A stretch of DNA of 40,192 bases, from NCBI GenBank assembly GCA_037447435.1, contig JBBIGR010000045.1, forward strand, positions 1 to 40,192, written 5' to 3'. The stretch comes from Fibrobacteria bacterium. Its GTDB lineage: Bacteria; Fibrobacterota; Chitinivibrionia; Chitinivibrionales; FEN-1185. The position numbers and the translations under genes are program-made. The notes below the pieces were generated by a model. That model saw only the letters and a program-made list of their open reading frames with translations. It searched no databases and was not told where the DNA came from. Numbering within the stretch: position 1 is the stretch's first letter; each line of letters begins with the position of its first letter. Shown here piece after piece: positions 17,688 to 27,386 of the stretch.

Positions 17688-18239
17688 ATGAGAAGACTTG
17701 CTTTTTTTGCTTTGACGGCTTTAATTTTTTCAATGTCCTCTGCAGCTGTAGTCGCGGATAAAAAAGCCGAAACAAAACCCGCGGTGACAAAAGAAACCAA
17801 AGAGCCGGAAATGAAATTGTCCGATATCCCAAGCATCACTACTCCCGACAGAACGCCTCATGCCTGTGTGGATTGTCATAAGAATTATCCTGAAATGAAA
17901 AAAGATTTCAGGATAATGAGCATTCTGTCCACTTGGCAAGCCGGCGTAAACCCCGAAATTGTAGAGAAAGCACGGGCCGCAGCTCCAGCGGGCAGAACGC
18001 TTACCGGCAAACATCCCGATGTCAAGGCACTGGTAAAAATCATTCCTGATGATTGTTTAATGTGCCATGTCCAATACTCGCGTGTGGCACCCCCGTTTTC
18101 AAAATTACTGCACGCTATCCATTTGGTAGGCGGAAAAGAAAATCATTTTCTCACATTTGCGAATGGTACCTGCACGAGCTGTCATAAGCTCGACGAAAAA
18201 TCAGGTACTTGGCGTATCGGAAGCGGGGAAGAAAAATAA
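17688..18239 (+). CDS. Periplasmic triheme c-type cytochrome
   Basis: Signal peptide; CVDCH, CLMCH, CTSCH. Confidence 0.85.
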   Translation: MRRLAFFALTALIFSMSSAAVVADKKAETKPAVTKETKEPEMKLSDIPSITTPDRTPHACVDCHKNYPEMKKDFRIMSILSTWQAGVNPEIVEKARAAAPAGRTLTGKHPDVKALVKIIPDDCLMCHVQYSRVAPPFSKLLHAIHLVGGKENHFLTFANGTCTSCHKLDEKSGTWRIGSGEEK

Positions 18240-18262
18240 TTGTTCCTCCGTATAAGAATACG

Positions 18263-18300
18263 AAAAAGGCTTATTGTCATATCGGACAATAAGCCTTTTT
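18263..18300. terminator. Bidirectional intrinsic terminator
   Basis: AAAAAGGCTTATTGTC-ATATCG-GACAATAAGCCTTTTT between convergent genes. Confidence 0.85.
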
Positions 18301-18328
18301 CATTATCGGTTTCGAAATAATCGGACTA

Positions 18329-20005
18329 CTATACTGTAAATTGTTTCATCAATTGACGTAATTGTTCGGAAAGATTCAATAGCTCCTTTGCCCGTTCGTT
18401 GACCCGGGCGCTGCACGATGAGGATTCCTGGGCAATATTTTTTATTACCGAAATATTCTTCGTGATTTTTTCCGCGGCAAGCGTACTTCGATCGACGGTT
18501 CCCGCAATATGTTGCGTTCCCTTCGAGACATTCCCCACGTTTTTGGTCATTTCATTCGTCGTCACCGATTGTTCCTCCACGGCTGCGGCAATTGTTGCGA
18601 TTGCGGAATCAACATCGTTCATGCCTTCCGAAATTGCCCCAATTGCCTTTACTACCTCCCGCGTCGACAAGTCCATTCCGGCAATTTTTGATTTAATCAC
18701 TTCCGCGGCCTTGGCGGTTTCGTCTGCAAGGCCTTTTACTTCTTTTGCAACAACGGCGAATCCCCGGCCTGACTCCCCGGCGCTCGCGGCTTCGATGGTC
18801 GCATTCAATGCCAAAAGTTTGGTCTGATAGGAAATTGTATCGATAACCTTAATGATTTCGCCGATATCCTTTGCCGCATCACCGAGTTTTCGTACGTATT
18901 CGGTCGTGCCATTTGTCAACCCGACCATGCTTTCCGACGTTGTCCTGGCGTTGCCGGCAGTATGGGCGATTTCCTTTATCGATGCATCCATTTCGGTCAT
19001 TGCAGTGGCCAACCCCGATGCATTTTCAGAAGCTTCGACGGTATCCGTTGCCGCAACCGACATATTGGTACTCATTTCTTCCGATTCCGATGCAGCGACG
19101 TTCGATTGCTCCGCGCTTTGTTTTGCGCCCGACGCCATTTGGTCGGCAACGACCGACAAATCGGCCGCCGAACTTGCTATGGTTTCCGCGCCCGCGACGG
19201 TTTCACCGATCATTTTGCGGAGGTTTTCGTTGACAATATTCATCTGCCGACAAATCAGACTTAATTCATTGTTTCCCCGAACGGGGATATCGAATGCAAA
19301 ATTCCCATCCTTCAACTTCGATGCGGTATCAAGCAAAAGGTTTACCGGTTTAAGCACGATGGTCCGGAATAAAAGGATGACCGTCGTAAGCGTCACGATA
19401 AGCCCGAACAGACCTAAAAAGGCGGTGAAAATTTTTGAGTCGTTCATCGCGCGTACCGATTCCTCGTTTGGTAAGTGCGCCACGATCCCGCCTAATACTT
19501 TGCGGGTCGTGCCATGGCAATGATAGCATTCCGAACTGTTCAAAATGGGCCTGGCGACGGTCATGTAATGGATCCCGTGCTCATTGGATTGGAACGGTTT
19601 TTCGGGCGACACGCCGTCGGCGAGCATTTTATCGATTGAACCGCGAAAAACAGTTTCATCCATAACTTCATTGACCTGTTTGTTCGTCATTTGCGAATCG
19701 GAGGCAAAAGCCACTGTTTTATCAAAATCAAAAATCAATATGTTGATGTCTTTGTTTTTCTTTCTTAAATTATGCAGCTGATTATTGATCAATTTTTCCT
19801 CACCCATGGGGAGCAGCGACTCCATGCTCGAATACAGCGTTTCGATCAATCGGTTCCCCTGATTCTGCATTTGGGTTACGGCCAAATCCCCCACCGTGAT
19901 TACGCCATAGGTCGTAATTGCTCCAACCGTAAGAATTACCGGGATCGACACGGCAATCAGTATTTGTATTCCTAAATGTTCTTTTATATACTTAAGCAAT
20001 TGCAT
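18329..20005 (-). CDS. Methyl-accepting chemotaxis protein with heme-c motif in the periplasmic sensor
   Basis: Two TMs, CYHCH in the sensor, HAMP, QTKLLALNATIEAASAGESGRGFAVVAKEVK signalling hairpin. ATG 20005 chosen as start. Confidence 0.92.
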   Translation of the reverse strand: MQLLKYIKEHLGIQILIAVSIPVILTVGAITTYGVITVGDLAVTQMQNQGNRLIETLYSSMESLLPMGEEKLINNQLHNLRKKNKDINILIFDFDKTVAFASDSQMTNKQVNEVMDETVFRGSIDKMLADGVSPEKPFQSNEHGIHYMTVARPILNSSECYHCHGTTRKVLGGIVAHLPNEESVRAMNDSKIFTAFLGLFGLIVTLTTVILLFRTIVLKPVNLLLDTASKLKDGNFAFDIPVRGNNELSLICRQMNIVNENLRKMIGETVAGAETIASSAADLSVVADQMASGAKQSAEQSNVAASESEEMSTNMSVAATDTVEASENASGLATAMTEMDASIKEIAHTAGNARTTSESMVGLTNGTTEYVRKLGDAAKDIGEIIKVIDTISYQTKLLALNATIEAASAGESGRGFAVVAKEVKGLADETAKAAEVIKSKIAGMDLSTREVVKAIGAISEGMNDVDSAIATIAAAVEEQSVTTNEMTKNVGNVSKGTQHIAGTVDRSTLAAEKITKNISVIKNIAQESSSCSARVNERAKELLNLSEQLRQLMKQFTV

Positions 20006-20083
20006 GTCTCGCACCTTTGTTGTTTTGATGTATTCAAAGCCTATTCTCAATAATTCAGATTCGTTTCCGTAAACAATTTACAT

Positions 20084-20569
20084 TTAATGCGCGCCGCCGA
20101 AAAGCGCGGGTTTGAACCTAAAAGCAACGACGCGTTCCTTTGAATGGCAATTTTCGCACACTTCGGTAGTTACCTTTTTAACGATATTTTTACCGTCATT
20201 GCGTTCCATATGCAAGCTTCCGGGACCATGACACATCTCGCAACCTACATTTTTAAGTTCGGGCGTCGCCTCTTCCGAAATAAAACCGCCGGCTTTGCCG
20301 TAACCGGTAGTATGGCACGCCAAACAAGACTGATACTCATTTTCACTAAGGAATTTTTTCATGAGTTTCATACGCAAAAATGAAACCGCCATTTTTGAAT
20401 TTGCTTGGTAACTTTGGTATTCGTCGCTATGGCATTCCCCGCATTTTTGGGACCCTATATAGGTGTTTTTATCATTTTGCCCATTAATCGCGCTCGCAAA
20501 AGCGCTTAAACAAAAAACAAGGGCGATCCGAACGGATTTTTTCCAAACAGTTGAACTCGACGCCTTCAA
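20084..20569 (-). CDS. Periplasmic tetraheme c-type cytochrome (c554-like domain)
   Basis: YIGSQKCGECH, CLACHTTG, VGCEMCHGPGS, CENCH; TTG start with GGAGG RBS. Confidence 0.88.
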   Translation of the reverse strand: MKASSSTVWKKSVRIALVFCLSAFASAINGQNDKNTYIGSQKCGECHSDEYQSYQANSKMAVSFLRMKLMKKFLSENEYQSCLACHTTGYGKAGGFISEEATPELKNVGCEMCHGPGSLHMERNDGKNIVKKVTTEVCENCHSKERVVAFRFKPALFGGAH

Positions 20570-20970
20570 AATTCCCTCCTTGTCAATCGTTGCCGTTCAT
20601 GATGTACCGGAAAATTTGACGATCTTCGGAAAAAGACCCGCAAATTACTTAGGCCACGATCTTAACTCATCGGAATGTAAATAGCATTGATTACACAATT
20701 GATTACATTTATATTACCATTTTTCCAATTTATTTCAATATTTTTTTTTATAATAACGGCATTTTTTTCGTGGTAAATCGTCATTGGTATTTGCGAGTAT
20801 GTATACGGAATGTATTCTTTTTGTTGATCTACGGAATTTTTATTACGGGGCCGGCTCAATACATTTTATTGATACTTTTTTGAAATAAAACCCTATATTT
20901 GAAATGTTCTATCAATATATAATCATCGACTAATAAAAAAAGTCTTTATAAAAACCATGAAAGGTGAACT

Positions 20971-22230
20971 ATGCAGAAGAATAACGTGTCCTTTAAAAGG
21001 TATATGTCCGGTATCCTCATAGTTGCATTTTGTCTGACGGTTCACGCCTTATCTTTTGATAAGCGGCAAAGCGAAATCTGGAAAAACTTGGCAAAAGGCA
21101 AATCTCAACGGTTGGTATTGAGCGGAACAAGTTTGAGCGTACCGTCATATTCATACTGGCCCGATTCGCTGCAAACCTTTGCAAACGCCAAATTCGGAAA
21201 AGGTTTATTGGATATTCGCAATATCTCCCCCGACGGCGGAAACACATCCAAGTCAGGACCCAATTGTGCCGACAGCGTTGAAAAGATAATTGCTCTGGCT
21301 CCCAATGCCGTAATTTTGGAATTCGCGTCGAACGATGCGACCAATTATGTCGATTGCACGGTGGAAGGATGTTCGAGGCCGAGCCATGTAAAAATGATCG
21401 ATGCAATTAAAAAAGCATTGCCAAATTGTGAAATTTTCTTATATGTAACCGGACTGCCCTGGGATATGCAAAGTTGCGGTAACGTCTCTTGCGCATATTG
21501 CACGGTTTTTGAAGCCCAATATTGCAGGCGTGCGGCACGACCGTCCAACAACGATCATGTTGAAAAATATTTCGATATGGTCAGAGAGGAAGCCGATCAT
21601 TATTACAGTCACCTTATCGACACCTACGCCGATTTTAAAGCGATATTCGACACTGCAAATGCATCGTACGTCCAATATTTATACGACGGTCATCACCCTA
21701 CCCAACGGGCGACTCACGAAATAATCCTTCCCCATATGCTGCAGGCACTTCGCGGGTGGCCGCTGGTCATTACGAATTTAAAAGCCGGAGATACCTTGAC
21801 TATCGGAGATTCGGTCCATGTTGCCTGGGAATATGATCCCGATTCCGTCGGGGTTGTGGAATTCCAAGTTTCTCCGGATAATGGAATTACGTGGTTGCCT
21901 GCCCTTAACCGGGCGGTGCAGACGTCCGAAAATCAAGCGGCATTTTTCCTGCCAGCCACTATCGGCGGCGTATCAATGGTTTCCAACAAATTTTTATTCC
22001 GCATGCGCAAATATAACAGCAATCTTGCGGATATCGCAGGCCCCATGATCGTGCAAGCAGGGCAACCCAATGCAGTGCGGCAGCCGATTCCGCAAAAAAG
22101 AGTCCAATCAAAATTATCATCGGTACGTCTTGTCGTCGGAAATCGGATCGATAAATTAATAATAGAAGAAAACGGGCAGATCTTCGATATCCGCGGCGAT
22201 CGTCTTAACATAAGTAAAAAACGTTTGTAA
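20971..22230 (+). CDS. Secreted SGNH/GDSL hydrolase
   Basis: Signal peptide; GTSLS (block I), EFASND (block III), DGHHP (block V). Confidence 0.82.
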   Translation: MQKNNVSFKRYMSGILIVAFCLTVHALSFDKRQSEIWKNLAKGKSQRLVLSGTSLSVPSYSYWPDSLQTFANAKFGKGLLDIRNISPDGGNTSKSGPNCADSVEKIIALAPNAVILEFASNDATNYVDCTVEGCSRPSHVKMIDAIKKALPNCEIFLYVTGLPWDMQSCGNVSCAYCTVFEAQYCRRAARPSNNDHVEKYFDMVREEADHYYSHLIDTYADFKAIFDTANASYVQYLYDGHHPTQRATHEIILPHMLQALRGWPLVITNLKAGDTLTIGDSVHVAWEYDPDSVGVVEFQVSPDNGITWLPALNRAVQTSENQAAFFLPATIGGVSMVSNKFLFRMRKYNSNLADIAGPMIVQAGQPNAVRQPIPQKRVQSKLSSVRLVVGNRIDKLIIEENGQIFDIRGDRLNISKKRL

Positions 22231-22279
22231 CGGTAATCAAAACGATCGATATTTGACAAACAAGGTCGGGATAGAATCG

Positions 22280-22319
22280 CAAATAAGAAAGGGGTGCATA
22301 TGCACCCCTTTCTTATTTG
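22280..22319. terminator. Perfect 40-bp palindrome, probably a bidirectional terminator
   Basis: CAAATAAGAAAGGGGTGCAT|ATGCACCCCTTTCTTATTTG between convergent genes. Confidence 0.75.
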
Positions 22320-22341
22320 TTCTCACGTACGAAACCGCAGG

Positions 22342-24792
22342 CTATTTTTGTTTGATTCCGATAATTTGCCGAATGTTTTGAGACTTATTCCGTGTTTGAT
22401 CGTTGATGGTTATCCGTGCCACATACGTCCCGTTTCCGGCAGTCACCCCTTTGGTTGTTTTCCCATCCCAATTATAATAGATCTTGGCGGAAGTCGGATC
22501 AATCCACATCGGCCGCCTTTCAACGACCGTATTGCCGACGGCATCGTAAATCGCCACTGTTCCAGTCACGTTTCCGAGTTGCAGGTCCTGTTTAATCGCA
22601 TTGATCATGGTCACTTCGATTCGGGTTCCGTAAATAACCGAGTGGACGGGATCTTGCTGCTTCACGGGTATCTGGGTTTCGCCCGGAGTAAAGGGGTTAC
22701 TTGCCACATGATAATCGCTGACAATCGGTACGTCGCCGCAAAGGAAGAGCGGAAATACCGGGCGCGTACCTTCCTTGACTTGTTCAAGATCGGTAAGGGA
22801 ATTTTTTGCATATACGTATAATTGCCTGTCATTTTTATTGACAACAGTGGTCGATACGCCCGTTACCGTCGAACCGTCTTTGTTTTGTATGGTAAACGTT
22901 CCGGCTTTATTGGAAGCGTTGATCGGTTCGCTGTAAAGCACGTTGAGCGTATCGCCGCCCGTTGAAGGAACAAAACAAAGGCTTTTGATCACCGGAGCTG
23001 CCGCATCTATTATCGAAGTGACCGTAAACGCGCGCTGTTCGGTTGTCATAGGCGCCGAAGAAAGCGTCACATGAACATTCCCGGCGGTCCATCCTGTTTC
23101 CAGAATAGGCCCGGAGTTTTCAACGAGGAAAATGTGTATGGTATCTTTACCGCCAAGTCGCATCGAATCAATGCTCAAGGAGACGGGAGTATTACCATCA
23201 TAAGAAGTAAGCCCTGCCGAGGTCACCCAATTTCGTGCTGCGGGAAGCGCCGTTTGCAATGTCACATTACTCGGATAGACGATGTCGATTTGATCAAGAT
23301 GGCCGTTTCCATTTTTATCATACATAATTGCGGTTACCGGAATATCGCTGTTTGGCCCTACCGCATTAATGGCCGTGGTCCCCGATTTCAGGCCCGCAAC
23401 GGATGCCGTTAGCGTCGTTTTACCAAAAAGCACTTCCGAAACCGTGGTGACTTTACCTTGTGCCGGCGTTGCAGCGGCTATAGTGGGGTCGGTCACCTGC
23501 CATATCGCATTTGTCGCTAAACCGACGAAGTTTCCAAACGAGTCGCGTACGACCGCATATACCTTGACAGGGGTTATCTTATCGACACGCACGGTGTCAA
23601 TCGGCCGCGGAGCGCGCGTGTTTGCGGCCAAAGAATCGGCCTCAATCCACACGGCAGTGCCGGGGCCGGGATTAACCCAAACCGATATTGTGGTTTTTAA
23701 TGTTTGTTTTGTCGTGGGATCGGTATACGTGGCAGTGATTGTTACCAAACCGAATGCTTTTTCAGGAATAAGAACTGTTGAGCCGCCAACCTGGGTCGTT
23801 AGAATCGGATTTCCGAGACCGTTTTGTGAGGAAATAGTCCATGTAACCGTGGAATCCCATTTTGCAACGGGATTACCAAGGCTGTCCAAGACATGAACAT
23901 ACAGTGGAAAACCCTGCCCCGCCACTGCAGTGTCGAGCGGCCCAAGTGGAGGGTTTGTCGGCGTATTGATGGGACCGTCGTTTCCATACAGCTTAATTGC
24001 GCCTGCGGGCGTGAAAATATTCGTCGTAATCGTGATATCCGACCCGGTAACATGGCGTTCCGCATAAAAAAGGTCGAAATTATACTTTTGCCCCGGTGTC
24101 ATTCCCGTGAGCGAATTGAGATTAACGGTTGCAGTTTGCGGTCCGTGAATTCCCCCGAGATCGATCACCCTTTGGCCATTTATGAATACCCAAACATCAT
24201 CATCACCGGTAAAGGAAAACGATAAGCCCGCCTGATAGGTAAATTCCCAATGCAATTCCATCGTATAACTGAAATTATGCAAAGGACTTTGACCGGGCGG
24301 CTCATTGCCGAACCCTTTGCCGTCTAGTCTGAAAAAACTGGTGCTTGTTAACCGATACATTCCCGGATTAACCGAATCGAGTGTAAGCGTATCGGGAATA
24401 ACTATATTTTTATATGCAGTGTCCGTTGTCACGGTCGAATCGCGAAGATATGCGCCGGCATTTGAATATACCGGTACCGTGAAATCGCCGGGCGTCCAAG
24501 CCCTGAACCATTTTGCCACCCGCTGGCTAAAAAACGGAGCTGTTCCCACAAGAGGTTTTCTTTGCGCATCAAGCGTTGTTTGAACTTCATTCAATTTTAA
24601 ACCGGTACCTGTTAAGCATTGAAGAGATCCGCAAGTATACAAGCCTGGTTCAAAATCAGGATTGCTGCCGTCTGCATGATAATCATAAAATGTCACCGGG
24701 ATTTTTAAAAGGGCTTGAGCGCTGGGTTGAAGCGCTAAAATAGCGATAAACAATGCACATGAAGCTAGCCAGGAAACCATAGTTTTTTGCAT
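22342..24792 (-). CDS. Fibro-slime (PA14-like) domain protein with Ig-like region and FlgD-like C-terminus
   Basis: HNFSYTMELH..F.Y....F.FTGDDDVWVFING..VIDLGGIH...FDLFYAERH; tail IYDAVGN...WDGKTTKG...GNGTY. Confidence 0.9.
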   Translation of the reverse strand: MQKTMVSWLASCALFIAILALQPSAQALLKIPVTFYDYHADGSNPDFEPGLYTCGSLQCLTGTGLKLNEVQTTLDAQRKPLVGTAPFFSQRVAKWFRAWTPGDFTVPVYSNAGAYLRDSTVTTDTAYKNIVIPDTLTLDSVNPGMYRLTSTSFFRLDGKGFGNEPPGQSPLHNFSYTMELHWEFTYQAGLSFSFTGDDDVWVFINGQRVIDLGGIHGPQTATVNLNSLTGMTPGQKYNFDLFYAERHVTGSDITITTNIFTPAGAIKLYGNDGPINTPTNPPLGPLDTAVAGQGFPLYVHVLDSLGNPVAKWDSTVTWTISSQNGLGNPILTTQVGGSTVLIPEKAFGLVTITATYTDPTTKQTLKTTISVWVNPGPGTAVWIEADSLAANTRAPRPIDTVRVDKITPVKVYAVVRDSFGNFVGLATNAIWQVTDPTIAAATPAQGKVTTVSEVLFGKTTLTASVAGLKSGTTAINAVGPNSDIPVTAIMYDKNGNGHLDQIDIVYPSNVTLQTALPAARNWVTSAGLTSYDGNTPVSLSIDSMRLGGKDTIHIFLVENSGPILETGWTAGNVHVTLSSAPMTTEQRAFTVTSIIDAAAPVIKSLCFVPSTGGDTLNVLYSEPINASNKAGTFTIQNKDGSTVTGVSTTVVNKNDRQLYVYAKNSLTDLEQVKEGTRPVFPLFLCGDVPIVSDYHVASNPFTPGETQIPVKQQDPVHSVIYGTRIEVTMINAIKQDLQLGNVTGTVAIYDAVGNTVVERRPMWIDPTSAKIYYNWDGKTTKGVTAGNGTYVARITINDQTRNKSQNIRQIIGIKQK

Positions 24793-25102
24793 AAAGAACC
24801 TTCTTTGAGGGGGGTTATCGCTAAAACTTAGTATTTCGCCATTTCAAATTATAAGATTTTGCCTTAAAAGAGGCATTCCAAATCTTATATAAAATATTTT
24901 TTTTACCCATGCAAATCCTTGCAAGGGTTTTTTATTTATAAAAAGGGCATCTTCTATTAAAGAATATATACATTTTGAAAAATTTTTGCCAAAATTAAAA
25001 AAGCAGTCCGATTATTCTATCGGTCGGTTACTTAAAACACCATGACCGCAAAAGATTTTAGAAAGCATTTTACAGCATATTCAACGCCTTTTTTTCCCCA
25101 AA

Positions 25103-27034
25103 TTAATATTGAAGAGCATTCTGTTCATTGATTTTGGAATTCTTCCGGCTTTTTGCTTTTTCAACATTCAAAAGAGTCACGCTATCGGGATGAAGTTTAT
25201 ATGCTGTCGACAATTCTTTGATCGCATCTTCGAATTTACCTTTATCCAATAAGTAAACAGCCAAATTCGTGTGCGCTTCATAATGTTCCGCATCGTCTAT
25301 CCCCAAGTTATTGGCTGCGACAAATTCCTTATACGCAGCCTCATGGTCGCCCATGGACCATAAAAGCGCGCCCAGATTGTTATGCGCATGATAATCTTTG
25401 GGATTGTATTTCAAGGCCAACTGATAGGCCGGAATCGCCCGTTCGAAATCGCCCGATTTGTGGAATTCGTTTGCAATACGATAATATGAATACGCGTCAA
25501 GATAGTCGTCGCTGATTTTCTCAAGCGCATCCGGGGAATTATTGACAAATTCGGGAATGTTTGCGGCCCGGTCCGCGCACGCGAAGTTTTCCAGTTGTAC
25601 CGCCGGACTGCTGTTTCCGTTATCGTCGATATGGGTAATAAACAGCTGCGTATAAGGACCGTTAACCTTGGAGGAAAAAACCAGCCACCTGCTGTTGGGC
25701 GACCAACTGTGCCAGGAATTCATGACCGGCAAATTGCAGGCAAGCATGCGTGCTTCTCCTCCATGAGACGGTATAATGTACAATTTCGAGTCGGGCTGAA
25801 GAAGCATGTAGTTTTTGGCCTTACAAAACACTATCCACTTGCCGTTTGGAGAGTATTTCGCGAAATAATTGCTCATGCCGTTGTCCGATGCCCCGGGTAT
25901 GGGTTCGGCTTTTCCGCCTTTTCCATTGTTAAAAGGAATACGATACAAATCGTATTTATACGACCTACCTTGATTTGCTATAAATTCCTCCGCCTCAGGA
26001 CCGCCCACCAGCGCCCTTCTCTGGCGCGTAAACACATCAAGGTTGTACGCTCGTGCCCTGGAAAAAACGATATCCGCCCCGTCGGGACTCCAGGTTGCGT
26101 TGGTTTGGACGAATTGCTTATCGTCGGCACCCGGCAAAGTCGAGAACTCCCTTTTTTCCCTATTGTATATCGCGACGATGCCCTTGATTAAAAAGAAAAG
26201 CTGCGAAAACATCAGATCGGGTTTATACACGGCAAGCGCCTGGTCTTTCACCGTACCCGCCACAAATTTGCCGTCCGGAGAAACCTGGCATAAAAGGCCG
26301 AAGGTCGGATCTTTGTCCTGGGGCCGGTAATTCGCCCAGCTGATGATTTTTGTCCTGTCCAGAAGGATGTCCTTGACCATGGGCATGATCGCATACGCCC
26401 CCTTGTCATTACCCGAATCGACTTCCATTGCCAATGTTTTGCCGTCTTTTGAAAATGAGTGGCAATTACCGCAAACCTTTAGGTTTTGCAATACGACACG
26501 CGGACGCTGCTCCGACGATACTGTCCCATATCGCCATTTGATTTTTGACGGGTCTTTGACCGCATCCTCAAACGGGATATTAACTTCACGGTAAAAAATC
26601 GGCGCAACAACGGAATCTTTTGAAAACGAAAACGAGACCTTTCCAAAAGAGAGTATTTTTTTCGGCTTTTTGGAATTCATTCCCCGTATTGCAACCACGG
26701 CGGTTTTATCGGCATATATCCGCTTTATGGACTCCCAGTCCTGTATGGGGATTCTCCAACTGGACGTATTGCTCAGGTACGCCGATGAATTGGGCACGCC
26801 CTCAATGGAAACAGACCATCGATCTACCTCTTTAACCGCATCATGCCAACGCAGGGTCGGCGCAATAATGTCCGGCGGAAACAGCGTCGATTCGCTCGGA
26901 TAATCCACGGTAATTCCCGCTGTTATTACAGCCTGTTTTTGGCATGAAGAAAACCACAACATTACAGCGAGCGGAAACATCCTGAACAACAGCGCGGGAA
27001 TAAACTTGCGATTGCATTGAAAAAAATTGCTCAT
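25103..27034 (-). CDS. Lipoprotein with TolB/PD40-like beta-propeller, a CxxCH motif and C-terminal TPRs
   Basis: FSS-C lipobox; CGNCHSFS; repeated WSPDG/YSPNGKWIVF/WSPNSRWLVFSS; TPRs (AHNNLG). Confidence 0.82.
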   Translation of the reverse strand: MSNFFQCNRKFIPALLFRMFPLAVMLWFSSCQKQAVITAGITVDYPSESTLFPPDIIAPTLRWHDAVKEVDRWSVSIEGVPNSSAYLSNTSSWRIPIQDWESIKRIYADKTAVVAIRGMNSKKPKKILSFGKVSFSFSKDSVVAPIFYREVNIPFEDAVKDPSKIKWRYGTVSSEQRPRVVLQNLKVCGNCHSFSKDGKTLAMEVDSGNDKGAYAIMPMVKDILLDRTKIISWANYRPQDKDPTFGLLCQVSPDGKFVAGTVKDQALAVYKPDLMFSQLFFLIKGIVAIYNREKREFSTLPGADDKQFVQTNATWSPDGADIVFSRARAYNLDVFTRQRRALVGGPEAEEFIANQGRSYKYDLYRIPFNNGKGGKAEPIPGASDNGMSNYFAKYSPNGKWIVFCKAKNYMLLQPDSKLYIIPSHGGEARMLACNLPVMNSWHSWSPNSRWLVFSSKVNGPYTQLFITHIDDNGNSSPAVQLENFACADRAANIPEFVNNSPDALEKISDDYLDAYSYYRIANEFHKSGDFERAIPAYQLALKYNPKDYHAHNNLGALLWSMGDHEAAYKEFVAANNLGIDDAEHYEAHTNLAVYLLDKGKFEDAIKELSTAYKLHPDSVTLLNVEKAKSRKNSKINEQNALQY

Positions 27035-27386
27035 TATTAACCCTTTTTAAAACTGGAATTTATTTAACCGATTACATAAAGCTACATTTTTTATATCGAC
27101 TGAAGAAGCATCGCAAGGAGATATCCGGCAGAAGTCGATGCAATACGAACAAACATTCTTTCGCATCATTAATAATACTTATAAAATATGCCGCGCCAAT
27201 CCCGATAATATGTCCGCCTTTAAAATTTTGTTATAAATACGATTAAGCTCTGTTTTTTAATAAAAAAAAATCCGGCATTTTTTTTAAAGTTGTATAAATT
27301 ATAACAGGATCTTATACTATTGAAGCTGATTCTGCGGTGAAAACAACAATAATTTAAGCGATTAAACAACGAGAAGGGGTTTCGCC

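Noticed and set aside
18399..19975. Long antisense ORFs over the MCP (and similar shadow ORFs over fibro-slime, dnaE2 and ABC genes)
   Set aside because: No motifs or RBS; explained by codon bias of the real gene on the other strand or frame.
24851..24889. Riboswitch upstream of the fibro-slime gene
   Set aside because: Only a single AT-rich hairpin; no recognisable aptamer consensus.
27093..27150. Hammerhead ribozyme (CTGAAGA followed by a GCATCG/CGATGC stem)
   Set aside because: The GAAA core is absent or mis-spaced (GAAC, several nt away) and stems I/III cannot be formed.
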